Shown one piece after another: positions 1-6,828 of a stretch of 10,450 bases of DNA. The notes beneath the pieces were generated by a model. That model was not told where the DNA came from. It was given only the letters and a program-made list of their open reading frames with translations, and searched no databases. Within the stretch, counting starts at the first letter, position 1; each line of letters begins with the position of its first letter. Source of the DNA: Candidatus Sulfobium sp. (GTDB taxonomy: Bacteria; Nitrospirota; Thermodesulfovibrionia; Thermodesulfovibrionales; UBA6898); assembly GCA_037380845.1 (NCBI GenBank), contig JARRRI010000012.1, positions 1 to 10,450 on the forward strand, written 5' to 3'. Made by a program: the position numbers and the translations under genes.

Positions 1-432
1 CATTACCGAAGCCTTCACTACAGCGCGGGGGTTATAGAGATGGATATAATTCCAGGTCTCACTCGGCTGCCGGTTCGCCACATTGCTCAGGTCCGGCCCG
101 TTGCGCTCCGTACCCAGCAACTCAGGCGTCATACGCCACAGGTCCTGCGGCCTCAGCCGTGCATAGTCCCCCGGCGCCGACGGTCTTCCGAAAGGCTTGT
201 CAACATCGAGCGGCCTCACCTGCTGAGTATGGCAATAAAGACATCCTTCCTCCACGTAAATATTCAGGCCTCTTCGCTGCTGTTCGGTCAGAGGCTTCGA
301 ACCCGGGAGCGGTTTGTTATGGTCCTGGACCCAGAGGGCGGGTCCGATAGCGATGATGAACGTAAGGCATATGAACCCGAAGAATACGACTCCGTAAAGG
401 AGACGGTGGTCCTTGTGAAAATCGAGGTTCAT
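1..432 (-). CDS. ccoO: cbb3-type cytochrome c oxidase subunit II (c-type cytochrome), 3'-truncated by the window edge
   Basis: Not in the ORF track. Manual translation from the ATG at 432, which overlaps the ccoN stop (ATGA): MNLDFHKDHRLLYGVVFFGFICLTFIIAIGPALWVQD...RGLNIYVEEGCLYCHTQQVRP...LLGTERNGPDLSNV...WNYIHLYNPRAVVKASVM. Shows an N-terminal TM helix, CxxCH heme motif (CLYCHTQQVRP), GPDL and H-x-x-NPR...SxM motifs typical of CcoO/FixO. Confidence 0.93.
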   Translation of the reverse strand, partial: MNLDFHKDHRLLYGVVFFGFICLTFIIAIGPALWVQDHNKPLPGSKPLTEQQRRGLNIYVEEGCLYCHTQQVRPLDVDKPFGRPSAPGDYARLRPQDLWRMTPELLGTERNGPDLSNVANRQPSETWNYIHLYNPRAVVKASVM

Positions 433-1880
433 GCCGTTTCCCCCGAAGGCGCGGGAACTTTTTCCGGCTCCGTCTCAGGCTTCATTTTCCATACGTTATA
501 GGCGAATATCATGTGCGACAGCAGCATCAGGCTGCCCCCGACCGCCCTGCCCAGCCAGTAGGACGACATCAGCTTTACCGAGTCGATGAAGGGGGCTCCC
601 GACAGCCAGCTCTGGCCCTGGGCAGTTCCTCCCACCACGAGGGAAAATCCGTATATGAGGACACCTGTGAGGGCGAACCAGAAGTGAACGCCTACCAGAA
701 TGTGGTCGGGCTCTTTGCCGGTAAGGCCGGGGAGAAGGCCGTATATACCGCCCCATATAAGGAAGGAGACGAAGCCGTACATCGTCAGATGCGAATGGGA
801 GATGGTATAGTTGGTGAAATGCCAGAGGTTATTCAGGGAACGGAACGCTTCGAAGGTGCCCTGGCCGGAAGCGAAAAAGTAAAAGATCACGCCCACCAGT
901 ATAAAAGGCAGGGAATAACTCCTGGCTATCGTTCTTCCACTGCCTCTCATCGTGAGAAGGAAATTCCCCGTGCCGGCTATAAGAGGGATGAACATGCCGA
1001 CGCTGAAGATGATCGCCACCGTCTGTAGCCACCATGGAATCGGACTGAAGACGAAATGATGGGCCCCTATCAGTGAGTAGAAGACCATCTGTGTCCAGAA
1101 CGCAAGTACTCCCAGGGAGTATGAATAAATGGGCTTGTTGAGAAGTTTCGGAAGGAAATAGTAAGTGAGGCCGAGGACCATGGGGGTGAACCACATGCCC
1201 ACTCCCATGTGCATGTAGTATCCCTGCACCACTGTTTCCCCCAGGCCGTGCTGGTACCAGGGGAGATAGGCGGTGACGGACAAAACGACAGTCCACAGAA
1301 AGGCCGCCATAATATACCAGTTCGAGATATAGATTTCTCCTATGTTTCTTTTTGCCACGGTCCGATAGAGATCATAGGTAAGCACGATAAGGGCGAGCAT
1401 GAAAAGTCCCATGGACGGCCAGATGAACTCACGGTATTCCTGGCCGCCGTTATTAACGCCCAGGAAAAGCAGGACTACCCCTGAAAGAACGGAGAGATTG
1501 ACAAGGAAGAGGGCGCTCCATGCAAGGCCGGTGCTGTAAAGTCTTCTCTGGCTGGTCCGGGGGACAACATACAATGCCAGCGCGATCATTGCGAGGGACG
1601 CCCACCCCCAGAAGACCGTGTTAGTATGTATGGGACGAAGTCTGCCGAATGACAGCCACGGATGTATGCCGAAGTCGGGGAAATCAAATCTGATCCCGAG
1701 ATACTCTCCTGCCATGGTCCCGAACACCAGCCAGAAAGCAGCGCAGGCAATATAGGAATAGATGAGCCGGGTCAGGCTGAGGTCTTCATCGATAATCCTG
1801 TCAATCCTGGTCTTTTCTACAGCTATCGGTCGCCGGGCAGGCATGGGGTCCCTCCGGTTGAACATATTTGCTTCTCCCAT
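429..1880 (-). CDS. ccoN: C-family (cbb3-type) heme-copper oxidase subunit I, atypical variant
   Basis: 483 aa, highly hydrophobic. FGRLRPIHTN (H85), EYRE loop, YYMH (H224), FYSLIGAHH (Y268, H274, H275), SHSH (H362, H364). GAGGT RBS upstream; coupled to ccoO. Confidence 0.92.
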   Translation of the reverse strand: MGEANMFNRRDPMPARRPIAVEKTRIDRIIDEDLSLTRLIYSYIACAAFWLVFGTMAGEYLGIRFDFPDFGIHPWLSFGRLRPIHTNTVFWGWASLAMIALALYVVPRTSQRRLYSTGLAWSALFLVNLSVLSGVVLLFLGVNNGGQEYREFIWPSMGLFMLALIVLTYDLYRTVAKRNIGEIYISNWYIMAAFLWTVVLSVTAYLPWYQHGLGETVVQGYYMHMGVGMWFTPMVLGLTYYFLPKLLNKPIYSYSLGVLAFWTQMVFYSLIGAHHFVFSPIPWWLQTVAIIFSVGMFIPLIAGTGNFLLTMRGSGRTIARSYSLPFILVGVIFYFFASGQGTFEAFRSLNNLWHFTNYTISHSHLTMYGFVSFLIWGGIYGLLPGLTGKEPDHILVGVHFWFALTGVLIYGFSLVVGGTAQGQSWLSGAPFIDSVKLMSSYWLGRAVGGSLMLLSHMIFAYNVWKMKPETEPEKVPAPSGETA

Positions 1881-2102
1881 CTTACCTCACGAATGACAGT
1901 GCCTCAACAGGGAATTTTCAGAAAAGTTTTGAACCGGTGTATTTGCTGACCTGCAGCGGGACAGAGGCCCCGCTCCGCTCCGGGGCTTTTGCCTCCTCAT
2001 TGATTGCAGCTTCTTGTTTGTAAGTATATTATTAAGTCAGCAGGCAAAAGCACATTGCGGACCTGAAAGGGGGAAATTAAGGGAGACGGGTAACCATGGG
2101 AC

Positions 2103-2132
2103 AAAATGACGGCCCCCGCAAAGGGGGACCGC
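2103..2132 (-). terminator. Probable intrinsic terminator of the DsrE-family gene
   Basis: Minus strand GCGGTCCCCC-TTTGC-GGGGGCCGT followed by CATTTT, beginning 5 nt after the stop codon. The U-tract is short. Confidence 0.6.
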
Positions 2133-2136
2133 TTGA

Positions 2137-2526
2137 TTATAAATTAACTGAGAATGGTGTGCGGCCGTCAAGGAACAGCTCGCCGAGGTAAGAGCTCGAC
2201 TTGACCTCCATATTCTCAATAAGGTCGTCCTTAGTCATTCCGTAAGAAGGCATGAAGGCGTGGCAAACGTAAAACTTCACGCCGAAATCTTCAGTCAGGG
2301 TCTTCAGCATCTCACCGACAACGACCTTCTGGCCCTCCAATTCCATGGAGATTGTATCGGCCATCCCCTTTTTCGCCAGCTGAACCCCTTCGCCCATGAG
2401 AAAAAAGTCGATCTCGGCCTCGTCGTCAAAGGCCTTCATGTTGACGGCCACCTTCATCAGAACGATTGCCTCCAGAGGGCTTTCAGTTGCATGAGAAAGG
2501 AGAAAAATCCATTTCTTCTTATCCAT
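2137..2526 (-). CDS. DsrE/DsrF-like family protein (putative sulfur carrier or peroxiredoxin-like)
   Basis: 129 aa from the ATG at 2526 (AGGAGGA 4 nt upstream). FFLMGEGVQLAKKG and GVKFYVC motifs; single Cys at the position equivalent to the DsrE persulfide-carrying Cys. Confidence 0.85.
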   Translation of the reverse strand: MDKKKWIFLLSHATESPLEAIVLMKVAVNMKAFDDEAEIDFFLMGEGVQLAKKGMADTISMELEGQKVVVGEMLKTLTEDFGVKFYVCHAFMPSYGMTKDDLIENMEVKSSSYLGELFLDGRTPFSVNL

Positions 2527-2578
2527 CAAATCCTCCTGTAAAGCTGGAAATTATCTCATATAAACATATGGACATACG

Positions 2579-2608
2579 ATTATATGACAGCCGGAAGGCG
2601 TAAGTCAA
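2579..2608 (-). promoter_or_regulatory. sigma70-type promoter of the DsrE-family gene
   Basis: Minus strand TTGACT (2608-2603), N18, TATAAT (2584-2579), about 50 nt upstream of the start codon. Confidence 0.75.
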
Positions 2609-2612
2609 GTTA

Positions 2613-2733
2613 CCGGCAGGTATTCTGTTTCAAACCTGGATTCCCGATGCGAGTCCCGAAGCGGGTCTCCGCGCAGGGTCGTACGACTTCGCTGCGAGTT
2701 GCTTCGACCCGATTAGTAACCCGGGAATGCCGG
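2613..2733. repeat. Nested palindromic element (REP/dRS3-like arms around an inner hairpin)
   Basis: ATTCCCG 2640-2646 / CGGGAAT 2722-2728; CGAAGC 2657-2662 / GCTTCG 2701-2706; CGCAG 2672-2676 / CTGCG 2692-2696; central palindrome GTCGTACGAC 2678-2687; outer CCGG 2613-2616 / 2730-2733. Confidence 0.55.
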
Positions 2734-2738
2734 CCTTT

Positions 2739-3410
2739 TCATGCTTCGACAGGGTTAAGAATGAAGGACAAAACTTGTTCCCATATCGTCTCCATCCGGT
2801 CGAGGAGGCCATGATCCGAGTCCAGCTCTGCCAGCCGGACCTCATCGGGATATCGGGATGCGTAATTCCTGCTGTTTGTGACGGGTATGACCTCGTCATT
2901 GCTGCCGTGAAGTATGAGAACAGGTGAGGGAGGAGGGATCTCTTCGGAATAACGCATCCCGTCGACGTGGAAATCGTACCTCAGTAAGACCTTCCCCGGG
3001 AACCCATAATGAGAGACTTCCGTGATCCCGGCCTTTTCCCACTGCGTGAGCATGTCCGCGGCGAAGGGTAGTGATCTGTAAGACAGCACAGGCGCAAGGA
3101 GAAGAAGACGGCCACCGCCGAACCTCCGGACATAGTGGAGGGCCACAAGCGCCCCGAGGGAGCTTGCGATAATATCCGGGCTCCCTGCCTCATGGTCTAC
3201 GAGGTATTGGCGAAGACGGTTGATCATCCCTGTAACGGTGAGATATTCGAAGTCTCTGGGGGCAGGGTTGAAGTCGGGCACAAGGAACCGCACGCCGGTG
3301 ATGCCCTCGAGACGTTCGGCGAGATAGCGTGCTTTCGTTGACTTTGCCGAGGAGGCAAAACCGTGCAGAAAGATCAGGTCCTTGACAGGTGCTTCAGGGA
3401 TATCACTCAA
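2739..3410 (-). CDS. YqiA/YcfP (UPF0227) family alpha/beta-fold hydrolase (esterase)
   Basis: IFLHGFASSAKSTKA, nucleophile IIASSLGA, LLLLAP, HGSNDEVIP (Asp), DSDHGL (His). Start inferred at TTG 3410, overlapping the fprA stop (TTGAGTGA). The track's 3521 start lies inside fprA and is unlikely. Confidence 0.85.
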   Translation of the reverse strand: MSDIPEAPVKDLIFLHGFASSAKSTKARYLAERLEGITGVRFLVPDFNPAPRDFEYLTVTGMINRLRQYLVDHEAGSPDIIASSLGALVALHYVRRFGGGRLLLLAPVLSYRSLPFAADMLTQWEKAGITEVSHYGFPGKVLLRYDFHVDGMRYSEEIPPPSPVLILHGSNDEVIPVTNSRNYASRYPDEVRLAELDSDHGLLDRMETIWEQVLSFILNPVEA

Positions 3411-4620
3411 ATTGTGAGTGGTACTCCCTGACTTTTTTTGCGAACTCCCTGCCGAAGTCGTAGCACTTAGTCTCGTCTTCCAGGGAAGGTCTGTAAAGGA
3501 CCTGCAACCCCGGCTCGGCAACCTCGAGCCCCATTCTCCTGAATTCTTCGTAGGCCTCTTTCACGGCCCCTCCCCCCCAGCCGTAGCTGCCGAAGGCCCC
3601 GACAATCCTGTTTTTTGGTCTCAGCCCCCTGAGGTGGGTGAGAAATTCGGCGACGGTGGGAAACATTATATTGTTCAGGGTCGGGGTGCCTATCAGACAT
3701 CCTCTGGACTTCCAGAATTCCTTGATGGCAACGCTCATCGGGGTGGCCCTCAGTTTGATAACCTTGCATTCCACCCCTTCATCTTTGACCCCCTGCATCA
3801 GCGGCAGGGACATGTGTTCCGTGCTCTGCCACATTGTATCATAGATGATCGAGACACTGAGGTTCGACCTGCCGCCTGCCATGTCCTGGTAGGCCTGGAG
3901 CACTTTCCCGGGGTTTGACCTCCAGATTACACCGTGGTCGGGCGCTATTATCTCTATGTCCAGGCCCAGCTTCGCGACCTCATCCAGCTTTCTCTTTATG
4001 AGCTGGCCGAACGGCATGAGGATATTTGCATAATAGTCGACGATGGAGTCTTCCAGGAACGACATTGATTCGCAGGTGACAAATTCGTCGTCGAACCGCA
4101 CCGCCGAAGCGATATGCTGTCCGAATGCGTCCTGGCTGAAAAGGAGCTTGTCTTCCTGTACGTAAGTCATCATGGAGTCGGGCCAGTGGAGCATCGGCGT
4201 TTCAAGAAAGATCAGCGTCCTCTTTCCTATTTTCAGCGTATCGCCGGTTTTTACGGTTGTCATGTTCCAGCCGGAAGTATCGAAGAACCTTGAGAGGCCT
4301 TTCCTGCCCTTTTCGGTAATGAATATCTTTGCACTGGGGGCCAGCTTCATGATCCTGTCGAGGCTTGTGGCATGATCGTTTTCGATATGGTTTATAACGA
4401 CATTTGTAATTTTTGACGGATCGACTACACTCCTGATATTTTTCAAGGTTATTTCACCGAAGTCGAACTTGACAGTATCAACCAGCGTGATTTCGTCATC
4501 CATAATCAGATAATTGTTGTATGTCGTGCCGTTCGGCGTAACATATCCATGGAAATCCCTGACGGCCCAATCTATGGCGCCCACCCAGAAAATACCGTTT
4601 CGAACCTCAACTGCCTTCAT
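3403..4620 (-). CDS. fprA: Class A flavodiiron protein (O2/NO reductase, FprA/ROO type)
   Basis: Metallo-beta-lactamase-like diiron motifs NHIENDH, LHWPD, SQDAFGQH, APDHG. Flavodoxin domain YDTMWQST, GTPTLNN, FGSYGWGG. GGAGG RBS. No C-terminal rubredoxin or reductase fusion. Confidence 0.96.
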   Translation of the reverse strand: MKAVEVRNGIFWVGAIDWAVRDFHGYVTPNGTTYNNYLIMDDEITLVDTVKFDFGEITLKNIRSVVDPSKITNVVINHIENDHATSLDRIMKLAPSAKIFITEKGRKGLSRFFDTSGWNMTTVKTGDTLKIGKRTLIFLETPMLHWPDSMMTYVQEDKLLFSQDAFGQHIASAVRFDDEFVTCESMSFLEDSIVDYYANILMPFGQLIKRKLDEVAKLGLDIEIIAPDHGVIWRSNPGKVLQAYQDMAGGRSNLSVSIIYDTMWQSTEHMSLPLMQGVKDEGVECKVIKLRATPMSVAIKEFWKSRGCLIGTPTLNNIMFPTVAEFLTHLRGLRPKNRIVGAFGSYGWGGGAVKEAYEEFRRMGLEVAEPGLQVLYRPSLEDETKCYDFGREFAKKVREYHSQFE

Positions 4621-4786
4621 AAATCCTCCATATTTTTTTATACCATCATATCATAAATCGCGGTCCCTGCTCGCAGGTAAAGGTTGAAGGCCGCTCCCTG
4701 GAGCGGGGATGTCACCCGTCCTCAGCAGGACTTGAAAAATGAATGTGCAGCGTCAAGCTTCTCATCAAGTCCCTTAAGCCAAGCTC

Positions 4787-4823
4787 CTATAATAATTATT
4801 AGCAAATAACTATTATTTGTCAA
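4787..4823 (-). promoter_or_regulatory. sigma70 promoter facing fprA, overlapped by a PerR/Fur-like operator
   Basis: TTGACA (4823-4818), N17, AATAAT (4800-4795). CTATAATAATTATTA at 4787-4801 differs at only two positions from the Per-box consensus TTATAATnATTATAA. Second palindrome CAAATAA-cta-TTATTTG at 4803-4819. Confidence 0.7.
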
Positions 4824-4990
4824 GCTCCTTTGACGGACAGAATTGTCATATTCAAGGGAAACGCATGCGGTATGACAGTGAGGGGCGGCGGGGCAGGTCC
4901 GCGACCGGAGCTGCCGCCGGGGTCGATACCAGGACGAACACGTATCCGCGCCACACTTTAATTCAAAAGCAATAGAATAGCGGGGCCTGC

Positions 4991-5031
4991 TGTAAGACAA
5001 TTTCCTACAGAAAAATCGGAGTATTCTTACA
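4991..5031 (+). promoter_or_regulatory. Paired palindromic boxes resembling NarL/LuxR-family (RcsAB-box-like) sites
   Basis: TGTAAGACAATTTCCTACA (4991-5009) and TCGGAGTATTCTTACA (5016-5031; reverse complement contains TAAGAATACTCCGA, 12/14 to TAAGAATATTCCTA). Lies about 100 nt upstream of the small Cys-rich ORF. Confidence 0.45.
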
Positions 5032-5131
5032 CGACTGCTGCACCTTCTCTTATATCTTTTGTATCCGGGCCGTATTATATTTTGAAGAAGGGGCGTTTGA
5101 GCCCAACAAATATGGCTTGAGGGGGTCAGGT

Positions 5132-5356
5132 ATGAAATGCCGTTTTTTAACGGGGAGATTCATGATGACATGCAAGGCGAATGTAAACGTTTATGTGCCG
5201 AGTTCCTTTGAGATGCAGGAATATTGCGCCAATAACCGCCACAAGGTTTGTCCTCTTTATTCCAGGGCCAGGCACCTCGAACAGCGGTACCCGTTTTCAT
5301 CCGGGAGCAGCCCCGTTTTTTCATCCCGAAGGCAGCAGTTGAAACATTCAGCCTGA
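5132..5356 (+). CDS. Small hypothetical protein with a 4-Cys motif (putative metal or Fe-S binding)
   Basis: 74 aa from ATG 5132 behind a GAGGGGGT RBS: MKCRFLTGRFMMTCKANVNVYVPSSFEMQEYCANNRHKVCPLY... with C3-x10-C14-x17-C32-x7-C40. Fills an otherwise empty intergenic gap. Confidence 0.7.
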   Translation: MKCRFLTGRFMMTCKANVNVYVPSSFEMQEYCANNRHKVCPLYSRARHLEQRYPFSSGSSPVFSSRRQQLKHSA

Positions 5357-5493
5357 TCGATTTGCCCTGCGTTTACTGCAGTTCCAGCCAAACGAGACTG
5401 AACCGACTTTACGAAGGTGCCGGTCCGCGTTCACTCTCGAAGGAACGGTCTCCGGGTTGTGTGACATCGCTTGCCGGTGAGAAGTGCCCGGAT

Positions 5494-6828
5494 TCAATAC
5501 AGAAGTGATTTCAGGCCCTTTACCGCCCTTTCGGGCGAAAGGTAGACAGGAATGCCCGCCTTTTCGATCAAATCTATCAGCCCTCCCGATTCGCAGCCGC
5601 AGGACGTGTGAAAAACTATCGGCTTGTTTACTCTCGTCCTGAAATCCTTCAGAAGACCGGCAAGTTCTTCCGTGATGCCAGTGAGGCCGGTCAGGGCTAT
5701 GAGAACAAAACCGTCGTACTCGTCGTGAAGCTCATCCAGGACTGTTATGTAATCCCTGTCTTTGACCTGGGCGGTCACGTCAAAGGGATTATGGACCCCG
5801 TAAAAATCCGGGAAGGCCTTTTCCAGTTTTTTTGCTTTGTGATCGGGCAGCTTCGTAACTTCCAGTCCCTGCCGCATGCATTCATCCGATGCAAGTACGC
5901 CGGACCCCCCGCCGTTGGTTACGATGAGGACCTTTTTCCCCCTGGAAGGTCTCTGATAGGAGAGGGCCTTTATGGAGTCCGTGAGTTCATCGAAGTCCCG
6001 GGCCTCCCTGATGCCGGACTGTCTAAGGATCGAAGTGAATACCTCATACCTGCCGGCAAGTCTCCCCGTATGGGAATAGGCGGCCGCCTGCCCGCTCGAC
6101 CCTTTGCCGGACTTCAGCACCAGCAGAGGCTTTTTACCTGTCAACAGCCGTGCCCTGTCCAGGAACCTCCTGCCGTCCCTTACGGATTCGATATAGGAAA
6201 TTACGACGTCTGTTTCCCTGTTGCCGGCGAGGTATTCGTAGAGGTCCGATTCGTCTATGTCCACGGCGTTGCCGTATGCGACCGCCCGGGAGATGCCGAC
6301 GTTTGCGGTGTGCATTACTCCGAAAATGCAGTGGAGAAAAGCCCCGCTTTGCGACACTATCGCCACATTCCCCCTTTTCGGTCTCCTCACCTTTTCCGGG
6401 GGCAGAAAAAAGGTATCCAGCCCGTCATAAGGATTAAAAACACCCATGCAGTTCGGACCGAGTATCCTCACGCCGGCCTCTTTCCCGATTTCCCTGATCT
6501 CGTCCTGGAGGTCTTTGTGGCCTGTCTCGGCGAACCCGGCGCTGATGATAACAACAAATTTGGCCTTACCCTTGTGGTCCCGGAGAATATCCGGCACTTC
6601 GGAAGCGGGCCTGGCAATCAGCGAGAGGTCGACTGTCTCCGGAATCTCGCTCAGAGAGTAATATGACCTGAGTCCCATCAGCTCATCGTGTCTGGGGTTG
6701 ACGGGGTACACCTTTCCCCGGTATCTGCGCAGGTTCTTCAGGATGACCCCGCCGAGCTTTTCGTCCGTGTGTGCGGCCCCTACGACGGCGATGCTTTTAG
6801 GGCGAAAGAGTAAATCCAGCGAACTCAT
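5494..6828 (-). CDS. acdA: Acetate/acyl-CoA ligase (ADP-forming) alpha subunit (CoA-binding plus ligase domains, no ATP-grasp)
   Basis: LFRPKSIAVVGA, VYPVNP, IISAGFAE, RILGPNCMG, IVSQSGA, GNAVDIDE, YIES, phospho-His motif AAYSHTGRLAG (H253), VTNGGGSGVLASD, HNPFDVT. ATGA overlap with the E2 gene. Confidence 0.9.
   Translation of the reverse strand: MSSLDLLFRPKSIAVVGAAHTDEKLGGVILKNLRRYRGKVYPVNPRHDELMGLRSYYSLSEIPETVDLSLIARPASEVPDILRDHKGKAKFVVIISAGFAETGHKDLQDEIREIGKEAGVRILGPNCMGVFNPYDGLDTFFLPPEKVRRPKRGNVAIVSQSGAFLHCIFGVMHTANVGISRAVAYGNAVDIDESDLYEYLAGNRETDVVISYIESVRDGRRFLDRARLLTGKKPLLVLKSGKGSSGQAAAYSHTGRLAGRYEVFTSILRQSGIREARDFDELTDSIKALSYQRPSRGKKVLIVTNGGGSGVLASDECMRQGLEVTKLPDHKAKKLEKAFPDFYGVHNPFDVTAQVKDRDYITVLDELHDEYDGFVLIALTGLTGITEELAGLLKDFRTRVNKPIVFHTSCGCESGGLIDLIEKAGIPVYLSPERAVKGLKSLLY

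Noticed and set aside
40..1028. Plus-strand ORFs 40..501 and 513..1028
   Set aside because: Antisense to ccoO/ccoN, which carry clear family motifs.
2030..2100. GGCAAA...GAAA stretch as a c-di-GMP-I riboswitch
   Set aside because: Lacks the GGACGCAAA and P2/P3 architecture, and lies on the strand opposite the flanking genes.
2133..2146. TTGAT-initiated sequence as an FNR box for ccoN
   Set aside because: The second half-site is AATTA rather than ATCAA and it overlaps the dsrE stop codon.
3411..3521. N-terminal extension of the esterase in the ORF track
   Set aside because: Lies within the fprA 3' end; the family fold starts at LIFLHGF.
4884..4918. GGCGGC...CAGGTCCGCGACCGGAGCTGCCGCC hairpin resembling SRP RNA helix 8
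   Set aside because: The bases flanking the GCGA loop (TCC/CCG) do not pair and the AGCAG motif is absent.
4722..5000. 92-aa minus-strand ORF
   Set aside because: No RBS, runs through the promoter/operator and palindromic sites, and has no protein-like features.
5608..6666. 352-aa plus-strand ORF
   Set aside because: Antisense shadow fully inside acdA, with no recognisable motifs.
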